Source of the DNA: the human T2T-CHM13v2.0 reference genome, Homo sapiens
Length of the DNA stretch: 64,000 bases
Assembly: GCF_009914755.1 (NCBI RefSeq)
Contig: NC_060938.1
Strand: one strand, 5' to 3'
Made by a program: the position numbers and the translations under genes. Under the pieces are notes generated by a model. It was given only the letters and a program-made list of their open reading frames with translations, made no database searches and was not told the DNA's origin. Positions within the stretch are counted from its first letter, which is position 1, and each line of letters opens with the position of its first letter. Of the stretch, positions 31,888 through 45,189 are shown in pieces.

Positions 31888-33287
31888 GTTGTTGTTTTTT
31901 TTTTTTTTTTAACTTTTAGGTTCAGGGGTTCAGATAAGGGTTTGTTATATAGGTAAACTCATTTCAGGGGGGTTTGTTGTACAGATTATTTCATCACCCA
32001 GGTACTAAGCCTAGTACCCAATAATTATTTTTCTTTTCCTCTCCCTCCTCCCGCCCTCCACCCTCAAGTAGGCCCCAGTGTCTGTTGTTCCTCTCTTTGT
32101 GTCCATGTGTTCTCATCATTTAGCTCCTACTTAAAAGTGAAAACACGTGGTATTTGGTTTTCTGTTCCGGCATTAGGTTGCTAAGGATAGTGGCCTACAG
32201 CTCCATCCATGTTCCTGCAAGAGACCTGATCTCATTTTTTTTTTTTGTGGCTGCATTGTATTCCATGGTGTATATGTACCATCTTTTCTTTATTCAGTCT
32301 ACCATTGATAGGCATTTAGGTTGATTCCGTGCCTTTGCTATTGTGAATAGTGCTGCAGGGAACATACAAGTGCATGTGTCTTTATGGTAGAATGATTTAT
32401 ATTCTTTAGGGTATATACCCAGTAATGGGATTGTTGGGTTGAATGGTAGTTTTGTTTAGCTCTTTGAAGAATCACCATACTGCTTTCCACAATGGTTGAG
32501 CTAATTTACACTCCCATCAACAGTGTATATATAAGTGTTCCCTTTTCCCCCCACCCTTGCCAGCATCAGTTATTTTTTGACATTTTAATAATAGCCATTC
32601 TGACTGGTGTGAGATACTGTCTCATTGTGGTTTTGATTTGCGTTTCCTTAATGATCAGTGATGTTGAGCTTTTATTCATATGCTTGTTGGCTACACATAT
32701 GTCTTCTTTTGATAAGTGTTCATGTCCTTTGCCCACTTTTTAATGGAGTTTTTTTTTCTTGTAAATTTGTTTAAGTTCCTTACAGATGCTGGATATTAGA
32801 CCTTTGTCAGATGCATAGTTTGTGAATATTTTCTCTCATTCTGTAGGTTGTCTGTCTAGTCTGTTGATAGTTTCTTTTGCTGTGCAGAAGCTTTTAAGTT
32901 TAATTAGATCCGCCTGTCAATTTTTGCTTTTGTTGCGATTGCTGTTGACATCTTCGTCATGAAATCTTTGCCATTCCTATGTCCAGGATGGTATTGCCTA
33001 GGTTATCTTCCAGGGTTTTGATAGTTCTGGGTTTTACATTTAAGTCTTTAATCCATCTTGAGTTGATTTTTACATATCATATAAAGAAGGGATCCAGTCT
33101 GAATCTTCTGCATATGGCTAGCCAGTTATCTCAGCACCACTTATTGAATAGGGAGTCCTTTCCCCATTGTTTTTTTTTTTGTCAGCATTGTTAAAGATCA
33201 GATGGTTGTAGGTGTGTGGCCTTATTTCTGGGCTCTCTATTCTGTTTCATTGGTCTATGTGTCTATTTTTGTACCAGTGCCATGCCT
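31888..33287 (-). mobile_element. 5'-truncated L1 (L1PA11-16-like) inserted in Tigger2
   Basis: Poly-T, 3'UTR and ORF2 C-terminus; TSD tgaacaggttttt 31875-31887 / 33288-33300. Confidence 0.9.
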
Positions 33288-36200
33288 TGAACAGGTTTTT
33301 AATGCAGGTGGAATTGACTCATTCTGGAAAAAAAAAATGCCACAGAGGACACTTATTAGTAAGGAAGAGAAGTGAGCACCAGGATTTAAGACAGGAAGGG
33401 CTAGGCTAACCCTATTATTTTGTGCCAGTGCAGTTAGGTTTATGATCAGGGCTGCCCTTATCTATAAAGCTGCTAACCTCTGAGCCTCAAAAGGAAAAGA
33501 TAAACACCAGCTGCCAGTCTTTGGGTTGGACAACAATAAAATTTAGTGATAACCCCTTTTCTGGATTGGGTCCACTGACGTGTTTTCCTTGAAGTCAGGA
33601 AGTACCTTACCAATAAGGTACTGCCTTTCAAAATTCTTTCGATATTGGACAATGCCCCTGGCCACCCAGAACCATATGAGTTCGACATGAAAGGTGCTGA
33701 ACTGGTCTTCTTGCCCTCAAACACAACATCTTTAATGTATCCTCTAGATCAGGGGGTTGTGAGGACCTTTAAGGCTCATTATGCAGGATACTCTATGGAA
33801 AGGATTGTCAGTGCTATGGAAGAGAACCCTGGTAGAGAAAAAATCATGAAAAAGCTGTTAAAGCTATCAAGCCCAAAAGAAATTCCTGCTGGAGAAAAGC
33901 TGTGTCCAAATGTTGTTCATGACTTCACGGAATTTATGACAGAGTCAATCAGGAAAATCATGAAAGAGATTGTGGATATGGCATAAAAGATGAGGGATGA
34001 AGGGTTTCAGATATGCACCTCAGAGAAATTCAAGACCTTGTAGACGCCACACCAGAGGAATTAACAGGAGACAACTTGTTGGAGATGAGTGCTTCTGAAC
34101 CAGTGCCAGACGATGAGGAAGAATTAGTAGAAGAAACTGTGCCAGGAAACAAATTGACATTAGACAACATGGCATAAGGATTTTGATTATTCAAGACTGC
34201 TTTTGGCTTTTATGACATGGACACTTCTATGATGCGGGCACTGAAACTAAAGCAAACAGAGGAAGAAGGATTGGTACCATATGGAAACATTTTTAGAGAA
34301 AAAAAAATCAGACAGAAATTACGATGTATTTCCATACACTAATACTGAGCCCCCTAAGTACTTCTCATGGGAAGAGCCAAAGAAGTTTGTCACTGCCACC
34401 CCTAAGACAGCAAGACCATTCCCACCTCTTCCTCCTTTTCCTCAGCCTACTCAATGTGAAGATCACGAGGATGAAGACTTTTCTGGTGATCCACTTCCAC
34501 TTAATGAATAGTAAATATATTTTCTCTTCCTTAATAACATTTTCTTTTCTCTAGCTTACTTTATTGTAAGAATACAGAATATACTATAACACAAAATATG
34601 TGGTAATGACTGACTATGCTATTGGTAAGGCTTCTGATCAACAGCAGGGTATTAGTAAAGTTTTTTGGGAGTCAAAAGTTATATGCATATTTTTGACTGT
34701 GAGGGGATCAGTATTTCTAAGCTCTGTGTTGTTCAAAGGTCAATTGTACTATTATTTGCTAAATCTGGTAACCCTAGATGGAAGTGATGTTTCTTAAAAA
34801 AGACAGGAAGGTGGGTAATAGTCAGGTTGGGAGAAGGCAGACATAATGATGCAGTGGAGCTGAATTGCTTGAGAATAAGAGTTTGAGGTAATATTAAGGG
34901 AATATGTTTAGCCCAGAGTGGCAGGCTCGTGAGTAGTGGAAATGAGGCGAACATTAGAGTAGGAGGTGGGGTGAAGAATTATACCAGGACGGGGCAGTCT
35001 TGCCAGGATTGTTCCTTGTAATTTCATTAAGGAAGATGGTTTGTCAATGCCTTTACCAACCTCTGCAGCTTCTTCTGAAGGATAACTTATTTTTTAGGAT
35101 ACATGAAGTCTCTTGGTTTCAACTGGCCACTGTTTGGTAATCTGCATAATTTCACCATATGTCCTTCTAACCTCATCTGCTAGAAGGAAGGGAAAAGATT
35201 GATGGATAAATATGGTGTATGTTCATGAATGCATTTTGTGATGCCTTGGGAAAAAAGCATGTCAGGATATATATATTTTTTTAAAGTTAACTTTAGGATC
35301 TATTAGGAAAAATAGGCAGATATATGCTAGGATGTTATTTTGAGTATTAGATTTATCAGTATGTGTTGCTTTTTATTCTCTTGATATTTGAAACAATTTC
35401 CTTTTATTTTCTATTTTGACTTTAATAATTATAGGTGTAAACATCTAATACATTTCACTCAATGAATAACTGATAATTTAAAATTTTTCTGTTGTTAAGA
35501 TTCCTGATTAGTATTTTTTTTCCTCCTGAATTGTGCTCCTGAACATAGATATAATTAGTTTAATGCAAATGAGAAAAGTCTTTTCTTAGAATCTTTGTGT
35601 TTTAAACTATGTGATATTGAAAAAGCCAACTTTAGTTATTAGAAAAAAGCCACAGAAAGAAAAACTTCAAAGGCTACTGTGATGTCAGCACCTGCTGTGG
35701 TCATAGTGTAAACCCTGGAGACCAGGGATTTTGGCAGCAGTTTTAGTGCTTTTAGTTCAATCTTCAGTATCCCCAAATGTGAAGCAGATGCCAGTTTTCT
35801 TCTCTAGGCTTCTGATAATGGCATATAATGAGTTGGTTGTTTCCTAGCAACTAAAGAAGCAGTTTCACTTTAGCTGATCCTGCAATAGAAATGAGACATT
35901 TTCCCTTGATAGTTGTTATTAGTGATTTCCCTGACAATGGAATTTCACTTTTGAATAAGGAATATTCTCAGCTTTTGGTTTCCTAAAGAATTTTGATTCT
36001 GAGTTGCGCTAAGCTCTGCTTAATCCTGTATAAAATGAAAAAAAGAAATTGAGTCCCCTAAGTACCTCTCATGGGAAGAGCCAAAGGAGTTTGATACATA
36101 GTTTCTTAAATGGCAAGTGATTATACAAGAAGCTGTAATAGGTGTATTTTCTCAGTGTTTAACAGAATAATTAATGACCACATTCTTTTTTTTTTCCCTG

Positions 36201-37081
36201 CTTAATATTTGCAGCAGTAGAGGTTTCTTAGGTAATTGCCAATGTATGTCGAAATAAATATTGTAAGTTTTTATTACAAGTGCCATTTTGATATAAAGTC
36301 AGTATAAGGAAAACATATTTTAAAATCTATAACCCATTTGATTTCAAACAGTATTCTGTATTAGAAATTATTATTATACCCAATGATTTTAAAGGCTCTT
36401 AAAATAGTTCACTTTAAGGTGAATTGTGAAACAATTCAGTGTTTAAATATTAGTAGTTGTAAGGCATCCATAATTGACTGAATCATATCTAAATCCTTCT
36501 AATTTGAAAGTAGTAATAGATCTGGATATATTCAGCCTCTTAAGATATATGGAGGCATGAGAAAAATACTTCAGACGACCTTCTTTGTAGTCATTCATAG
36601 TTTAAATAGTTTCTAAGGAAATGATCCATTTTTCTTCCTTTGACATTATAAAACTAATATAAGTTACCATCCTCATCCACCTCATCCAAATTTATGGTAT
36701 GATATATTAAGTTATGCCTAAGTGTCAGAGAGATAAAATATTAAATTATGTTCTTAAGATATTAAGTTAGCCATATCTAAATATACCAAAGAAATTTATT
36801 ACCTTGCATGGAAAAGATTCATAGACTATGCATTAACTATAGGTGAAGTCATTGAATATTGTTATTGTCAGTTTGGGGCATGTGACCTTATTAATTTCTT
36901 TTTATGATTTTTGCATCATCAGGTACTCTAGCAGGCCTCATATTTTAAAAATGCTTTAAACATTAAGGAATGAGGAACATTAATTAATTCAGTTTTCAGT
37001 TGGACAGGGCGGTAGCCTTTTAGGCACCTAAGACAAAATTAAAAAAAAAAAAAAAAAAAAAACCTTTAAACATGAGGTAGA

Positions 37082-37084
<3 letters not shown>

Positions 37085-37112
<28 letters not shown>

Positions 37113-37393
37113 GAGACGGAGTCTCGCTCTGTTGCCCAGGCTGGAGTGCAGTGGCGTGATCTGGGCTCACTGTAAGCTCCGCCTCCTGGGTTCACACCAT
37201 TCTCCTGCCTCAGCCTCCTGAGTGGCTGGGATTACAGGCACCCGCCACCATGCCTGGCTAATTTTTTGTATTTTTAGTAGAGACAGGGTTTCACCGTGTT
37301 AGCCAGGGTGGTCTTGATCTCCTGACCTCGTGATCTGCCCACCTCGGCCTCCCAGAGTGCTGGGATTACAGGCGTGAGCCACCGTGCCTGGCC
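37085..37393 (-). mobile_element. AluY
   Basis: aagctccgcctcc, ttcacaccattctcc, caccgtgttagcc diagnostics; TSD aacatgaggtaga(t/c)tttct at 37069 and 37394. Confidence 0.95.
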
Positions 37394-37709
37394 AACATGA
37401 GGTAGACTTTCTATATAATATAGTTCAGTTATTGTTTTTAGATTTATTTGGGAGCTTAATGTGAAGCTAAGGAATCAGGTACATTAATCCTGATTTTGAA
37501 TTCTCCTTTCCATTTTAAAATTATAGATTAGTGAACAAGGAAATAGATACATAACTAAAGTCCAGTTCTTTGAAACATTTGTATAAGGCAGTATTATTTG
37601 GTGAGTAGCTTAGTTTGATTAATCTAACAGAAGTTCTTTTTGGGCATTTTTTCACTCATTTAGTAATTATTTATTGAGCTGACAGCAGATACTTATTGCT
37701 GTACTTTAA

Positions 37710-38052
<343 letters not shown>

Positions 38053-38682
38053 AGCAACAGACATTTATTGGCTATTTACTATGTTTGGGCCATTGGTTAG
38101 ATGTTGAGGTTACACAGTTGTATAAGACATAGATCCAGAGTTCAAAATGTTAAATAAAGCCTTTAGTTACAGATCTACTTTTGACTTGTAATAATAAGCA
38201 AGAAATATAGATATGCTAGAAGTTTTGATGATTTAAAAAATACTGTTGTGCAATGTTTTATTTAAGGCAATCAAAGTTGGAATTTAGAGAACAAGGCTGA
38301 GTGTTACATAGTGTTGACCATCAGGTTGGTAATAGTGTTACACAGTATAAAAGTTTGCAGTCTCATTTAAGGTCCATGTCATAGCGCAAACCCTGTTAGT
38401 CAGCATTGAAAGAGAACAAGTTGTTAGAAGGAGTTAGAAACAGCCTATGAATATTAATTGCTGGTTATTTCCTTCTACTTAAAATGTCCTTCTTTTTCTG
38501 TTGTCAGATGACTTACATGTGTACCTACAACTCACTGTGATGATGAGTACTTATATATGCAGTTTTTGAGTATTGTAGTGTTCCTTTTTTTTTTTTTTTT
38601 TAAATGTTGCTACTGGAGCTATCTAAGACCAAAAATTACTGCAACTTTTTAGATTGGCACCAACTGTTCCCAGTTTCCCACT

Positions 38683-39070
38683 CACTATGGTTTGGGTGTT
38701 GGTCACCTCCAAATCTCATGTTGAAACTTGGTCCTCAACCAGGCAGTGTTGGGAGGTGGGGCCTAATGACAGGTGTTGGGGTCGTGAAGGGCTGAGTCCT
38801 CATGAATGAATTAATGTTATCATGGGAATGGGTTAGTTATTACAAGAGTGTATTGTTGTATAGTGAGCCTGGCCGCTTGTGCTTTCTCTTTTGCATTGCT
38901 TACTCGTCCTTTCTTAATGGAATCATGCAGCACAAAGGCCCTCACAAGATGCTGGTATCTTGACCTTGGACTTCCTAGCCTCCAGAACCATGAGGTAAAT
39001 AAAACTCTATTCTTTATAAATTACCCAGTCTGTGGTATTCAGTTATAGCAACAGAAAACAGACTAAAACA
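38683..39070 (+). mobile_element. MaLR solo LTR (MSTC/MSTD-like)
   Basis: ctatggtttgggtg...ccaaatctcatgttgaaa...cagcacaaaggccctcac...aacagaaaacagactaaaaca. Confidence 0.8.
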
Positions 39071-40759
39071 CCGCCTGAGTCATTTGTGCCAAATTTCTCA
39101 AGTGCTGTAGTAGATTTGGTCACTGTTATTACTTCACTAATTTACTTTTATTTTTTGGTTTCTAGTAATGCAGGTATAGAGACACTTTTCACTTGATAAA
39201 ATTACGTAGTGATCTGATGCTTTAAATGGGTAATTTTATCAAGAAAGCAATAGAAATAAAGTAACCAAAGTATAAAATAAGGAGGGGAGTTACTGTTTTA
39301 AAGTATCAGCCACTGATATTTCACTGCTTGTGCTGTGTAGTTTTGAATTGTAGCAATTTGAAAAGCTGGGAGGGACCTGGCTCTTGGAGTATTTTTCTAA
39401 CCCAACACCCAGGGAAGATCTCCTGCTGCAGCCTTCTGGTTATATATAGCTGAGCTAGATTATATTCTGCTCTATATTATTGATCAGTCTTCTTGGCTCA
39501 ACTCTAGTTCTGTCATCTTTGGAAGAGGAAGGTACTTTACTGTTCTTGGCCATGAATTCCTTCTTTAGGCTTTAGGTCTTGCAGACACATCTTGCACTGT
39601 TCTGGATGCTAGCATGTCATCTCTTGTTCTCCCATTCGTTATATCACTAGCTATTTCCTCACAGTGGCTCTCTCCTTTGTCAAGGTTATGTTTCTTTATC
39701 TCGTTACATGGCCTTCTTCCTTAGAACTTTTCAATATGGTATTAACTTCCTCATCCCTGATCTTGCCCTTAATTCCCAGTTTAAAGTCTTTGTTTACTTT
39801 GGAAATGACTTTTCGCCTGAGTGAAAAAAAAACGTGTTCTCAACCCATTTGTAGACTAACTCAGGCTCTGAAAATGATTGAAGCTGTGGGCTCAGGTTAC
39901 CAATTTTACTTTCCTGTCATTGATTCAAATGCTCCCTAAAGAGAGAGGTAGACCTTTCCCTGATTCTGTCCATTCATATTAATTTCTCATTCTCACTAAG
40001 TGAACATTAGAGAATTAGAAACCTTCAGAACATAGAATTGGGGGTATAATTTGACTGTTTAAATACAAACATAAAAGTTTAACAACAGATTTCATTTCTG
40101 ATTTTTCTGGCTTCTAACTAAAGAAGTAAAAATATAAGAGAAAAACGGAGTGTCTTGTCTAACTCCAGGCCTGAATCTGAAAAGAGAACAGGAAAGGAAG
40201 TAACAAGAAAGAGAAAGGACATAAAGGTACTATGAAATTGAAGCCATCATTGTAGTTTAAATTTGACCAGTGTTTCAAATATAAAGCAAAGATGTTTGGG
40301 TCGTCTTTTGTTCTGACCAGACAGATAAACTTTTCTCATTTCCTTCTTTGTGTATCTACCAGAGGAAAGTAATGAAATAGAGGTCCTGGAACAGTTCATG
40401 TTAAGGGTAGGCTCTAACTGTAGCTCTGACAAAAGTAGGAAGCATGCAGAAAGCTGGCTTGTTTATAAGAGATAAAATGGCACAGTCTTATTCAATTGAA
40501 AGCCAACAATCAAAATTAGAGCAAAAGGAAGCACTATTAGAAAAATGTGCCAAGCCAGTGAAATATATTGATCAAAGGGGAATGAAAGATATCAGACACA
40601 GTTTATTAGCAACAAAAAATAGTGAGGCTGAAGTAATTTGCTTTTGAAAATAAATAAATTAAAAGGAGGCTAATTACCACCTTTACAATGTCCTATTTCT
40701 ACCTTAAACACTTCCAGAAGCATGCCTTTTTTACTCTATCTGTTGTTCAATGCAGACTT

Positions 40760-40938
40760 AAAATTTTGTGTTAATCAATATTTATTCTGCAATGCCAAGG
40801 TGACAAACAAAAATATGAAAAGGCTGTTAGGGCTTAACATTTTTGTTGCAGATTAAATATACAGCATTGAAAACTGGAAAGGCATGACTTCATCTCTGAC
40901 CAGCAGAGTTAAAGAGAAAAATCTCTCCATTTTCCATG
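40760..40938 (-). pseudogene. Short processed retrocopy of an mRNA 3' end (source unidentified)
   Basis: 10-bp TSD atgcagactt at 40750-40759 and 40939-40948; minus-strand AATAAA (40781-40786) ~13 nt before a short decayed A-run. Confidence 0.6.
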
Positions 40939-41310
40939 ATGCAGACTTTGAAGAATAACCTACAGTGATTTGAACTGAGTTAGGATGAGGGTAATTATAA
41001 AACATAAGAGTCTTGTCTTCTGCAGTGATAATTAAGAAGCCTTAATAAAGGTCACATGAGATGACTTGCTGAGCCTTTAGGAGAGCTTCTTAGAGTAGTG
41101 GCCCCTGTTGAACAGGTAAGGACTTACCCTATCTCTTTTGGTGCAGTCGGGGATCATGGGATCAGAGTCAGATGTCAAAAGCCTACTGGGGCTATTTAAG
41201 CTCCAGGAAGACTTGAACAGATCCCAAGCAGGCGATGAGAAGAGTAATAAATATTATTGGGGACTTCCAGTACTGGAGATTATGACCTCTTTTTACTATT
41301 TAGGTATATA

Positions 41311-41499
41311 CTGTATTTCATTTACTTTAAGTTACGTATTTTTCAAATTTTAATATCTCTGAAATTGGAGAGTATTTTATAATCAGTAACATCTTGGCAT
41401 TGTGTCAGTTTAATATTTAGCATTGTTTTCTTTCTTGGTTGTATATAAAATAATGGTGTATCTTCCAATCTATGGTGTTTTAGATATGACGAGATATAG
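41311..41499. mobile_element. MER104/Kanga-like (TcMar-Tc2) element
   Basis: TIR-like ctgtatttcat... / ...atgacgagatatag with aaaataatggtgtatctt internal motif. Confidence 0.55.
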
Positions 41500-42043
41500 T
41501 CAATGTTTTCCTTATAATTATTTTAATACTGATTGAATTGTATTCCCATCTTTGCCGTCATTGCTGCAGAGCGATTCTACGTCATTCATTTTGGTCTTTT
41601 TTTTTTTTTAAGTGTTGAAAGACTATTTTAAACTGATGGCGGCAGTTTTGGTAACTTGTTTTAGTAACATCCTCTTTTATGCCCTCATCACTGACTTTAT
41701 TTTCCCCCCATCACTTACCAGAGATTGCCAGATGATTCTTCCCAAAGCATAACTCTCATGTCAGTAATTTCAGAGACCATCAGTGTCTCCTTGCTACTTT
41801 TTAAAGCAAGCTACCCTCTGGCTTTATTCATTTTTTCAGTAGTTAGATGTTAGGGATATTGTTATAAATAAAAAAGGCACGAAACCTGTCCTATAGATTC
41901 TTTTGGCTACTGCGAACATTTACTTACTGATTTTTTTTAAGCCAGTGCTATGTGATCATTCATAGTTTGAAAAAAATTTCTATACTATTTGCCTTCATAG
42001 GCATGTGTCTGTGTTCACTACTTATTTTTCGTATTATTATTAA

Positions 42044-42404
<361 letters not shown>

Positions 42405-42604
42405 TAAATATCTTTTAAAAATATTTTTTGTTTAGGGTAGGCCTATATGTCTGTAGCAACAAATATATTAGACTTTTATAGTTAGTTTATTTTGGTAGCA
42501 TCTAAATGTGGTGTATTAATTATCTGAATGCAGAAAGCATCAAATTAAATAGGTTGAATTGATATATTATCCCTAGACAATAATATTTTACTAAAAGTAG
42601 CTAC

Positions 42605-42760
42605 CTATTATTAGGTATTTATTATCTGCTAAGACTTATACTGTTTATCTGCATTCACATTTAAATCACACAATTCTATATAATGTACTATTACTATTAT
42701 TTTTACAAATGATGAAACTGAGGCACAATGAGGTTAAATAACTTGGGCAGGGTCCTACTT
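42605..42760 (-). mobile_element. MIR
   Basis: ttttacaaatgatgaaactgaggcacaatgaggttaaataacttgggcagggtc. Confidence 0.75.
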
Positions 42761-43139
42761 GTAATCTCTCTGATTCTCTTGGCTCAGCTTTTAACTAAAC
42801 TGTACAACTGAAGTTTTAAAATTTTAAATTTTTGCTTGAAAGATTGAAAACACTCTTTTTAATGTCATCCCTGAAACGCTAATTGACAAAATATTAAGAG
42901 TATTCTTTTGTTTCCCAAGTTCTTATTCAGCTACAAGTTTTGTATTTTATACATTGTATTTTATAAGACATTTCTGAGTGAATGTATCTGTAAATATCTT
43001 TACTCTGAAATATATTTTTGTGAAGTTTATATGGAGACCTGTTATAAAGTCTTTTTAGTAGTGTTTGGCAGTGAGAAGTTTGATACTCTTCTATGTTGTG
43101 ATGTCAATAACTGCAGTAATATAATTCATTTATTAAGTA

Positions 43140-43325
43140 TAGTAACTGTAGGATTAGATTTTAAATGTTCTTACCATAACGAAATTTTAAAATGTTAAGT
43201 ATGTGAGGTGATGAGTATGTTAGTTGCTTGATTTCATCATTCTGCCATGTCAGCATGTATCCAAACATCACATTGCACCACATAAATATACTGTGCAGTT
43301 ATTATTTGTCAATTAAAATAAGGTA
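43140..43325 (+). mobile_element. L1MA-type 3' terminal fragment
   Basis: tagattttaaatgttcttacca...aagtatgtgaggtgatg...atttgtcaattaaaata. Confidence 0.7.
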
Positions 43326-43611
43326 AAACTTAAAAATTGAATTAAAATTGTTATACAGTATTCATTATTTGGGCTTAATTACATTTCACTGAGGTACAAT
43401 GGCATTTCCCAGTTACCCAGAACAAGTTATTATTCAGTAAAGGGAAATAAGTTTCTGTCCAGCGACACAGTAAATGTCTGTATTATCCAGATTAAAACCC
43501 AACAGCTCTTTTCTTAGTGGTTAATTGTTGATACTTCTACACTGTTAAGAGGGATTTGTGGAAGCAGATGGCCATTAGTAGTTCAGTAGACTAGTTACTC
43601 TTCAGTAGTAG

Positions 43612-45094
43612 TGAGAGGTGACAGCGTGCTGGCAGCCCTCGCTTGCTCTCGGTGCCTTCTCGGCCTCAGCGCCTACTCTGGCCATGCTTGAGGAGCCCTT
43701 CAGCCCACTGCTGCACTGTGGGAGCCCCTCTCTGGGCTGGCCAAGGCTGCAGCCGGCTCCCTCTGCTTGCGGGGAGGTGTGGAGGGAGAGGTGTGGGTGG
43801 GAACCGAGGTTGCGTGTGGCCCTTGCAGGCCAGCGCGAGTTCCGGGTGGGCGCAGGCTCGGCGGGCCCTGCACTTCGAGCGGCCGGCCAGTGCCACTGGC
43901 CCCGGGCAGTGAGGGGCTTAGCACCTGGGCCAGCAGCTGTGGAGGGTGCGCTGGGTCCTCCAGCACTGCCGGCCTGCCTGCACTGCACTTTAATTCTTGC
44001 CGGGCCTCAGCCGCCCCTCCACAGGGCAGGGCTCAGGACCTGCAGCCTGCCATGCCCCAGCCCCCTCCCCCCCACCACCGTGGGTTCCCTCACGGCCTGA
44101 GCCTCCCCGACGGGTGCTGCCCCCTGCTCCAGGGCTCCCGGTCCCATCGACCGCCCAAGGGCTGAGGAGTGCAGGTGCGCGGCGCGGGACTGGCGGGCAG
44201 CTCCATCTACGGCCCCAGCACAGGATCCACTAGACAAAGCCAGCTGGGCTCCTGAGCCGGCTGGGGACTTGGAGAACTTTTATGTCTAGCTGGAGGATTG
44301 TATGTGCACCAGTCAGCACTCTGTGTCTAGCTCGGGGTTTGTGGATGCACCAGTCAGCACTCTGTATCTAGCTAATCTAGCTAATCTGGTGGGGACTTGG
44401 AGAACTTTTATGTCTAGCTAGAGGATTGTAAATGCACCAGTCAGCACTCTGTGTCTAGCTGAAGGTTTGTAAATGCACCAGTCAGTGCTCTGTATCTAGC
44501 TCATCTAGTGGGGACTTGGAGAACTTTTATGTCTAGCTAGAGAATTGTAAATGCACCAGTCAGCACTCTGTGTCTAGCTCAGGGATCGTAAACGCACCAG
44601 TCAACACCCTGTCAAAATGGACCAATCAGCTGTCTGTAAAATGGACCAATCAGCAGGATGTGGGTGGGGTCAGATAAGGGAATAAAAGCAGGCTGCCCAA
44701 GCCAGCAGCGGCAACCCACTTGGGTCCCCTTCCGCATGTGGAAGCTTTGTTCTTTCGCTCTTCGCAATAAATCTTGCTGCTGTTCACTCTTTGGGTCCGC
44801 GCCGCCTTTATGAGCTGTAACACTCACTGCGAAGGTCTGCAGCTTCACTCCTGAAGCCAGCGAGACCACAAACCCACTGGAAGGAATGAACAACTCCAGG
44901 TGTGCCACCTTTAAGAGCTGTAACACTCACTGTGAAGGTCTGTAGCTTCACTCCTGAAGTCAGCGAGACCACGAACCCACCAGTAAGAAGAAACTCTGGA
45001 CACACCATCTTTAAGAACTTTAACACTCACTGCGAGGGTCCGCGGCTTCATTCTTGAAGTCAGTGAGACCGAGAACCCACCAATTCCAGACACA
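43612..45094 (+). mobile_element. Solo LTR12 (ERV9 LTR, LTR12C/D-like), sense to NUBPL
   Basis: TGAGAGGTGACAGCGTGCTGGCAG start, GC-rich U3, ~41-bp enhancer repeats, U5 repeats, end CCAATTCCAGACACA; TSD gtag/atag. Confidence 0.95.
44615..44790 (+). promoter_or_regulatory. LTR12 core promoter and poly(A) signal
   Basis: CCAAT at 44622 and 44646, GATA site (cagataag), AATAAA TATA-like box at ~44682, R-region AATAAA at ~44766. Confidence 0.7.
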
Positions 45095-45189
45095 ATAGTT
45101 TCACCTAATGTCAAGTACTGGATTACTTTCAAATCATTTTTATTCCCTGTGAACAAATAGATTTAGAGAGAACCCTTTGCAATATGTGA

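Noticed and set aside
40444-40647. 67-aa ATG ORF in non-repeat sequence
   Set aside because: No recognisable domain or convincing splice context; length expected by chance
41040-41125. Strong CAG|GTAAGG donor at 41116 as a cryptic NUBPL exon
   Set aside because: No convincing upstream polypyrimidine acceptor and no NUBPL-like peptide (next expected VDWGQLDYLVVDMPPGTGD not seen in the window)
43602-44237. Cluster of overlapping 76-160 aa GC-rich ORFs
   Set aside because: By-product of GC-rich LTR12 U3; similar ORFs recur in the other two LTR12 copies
44260-44610. Regular ~41-bp repeats that superficially resemble a CRISPR array (also 48660-48980)
   Set aside because: Known LTR12 U3 tandem repeats; no unique spacers
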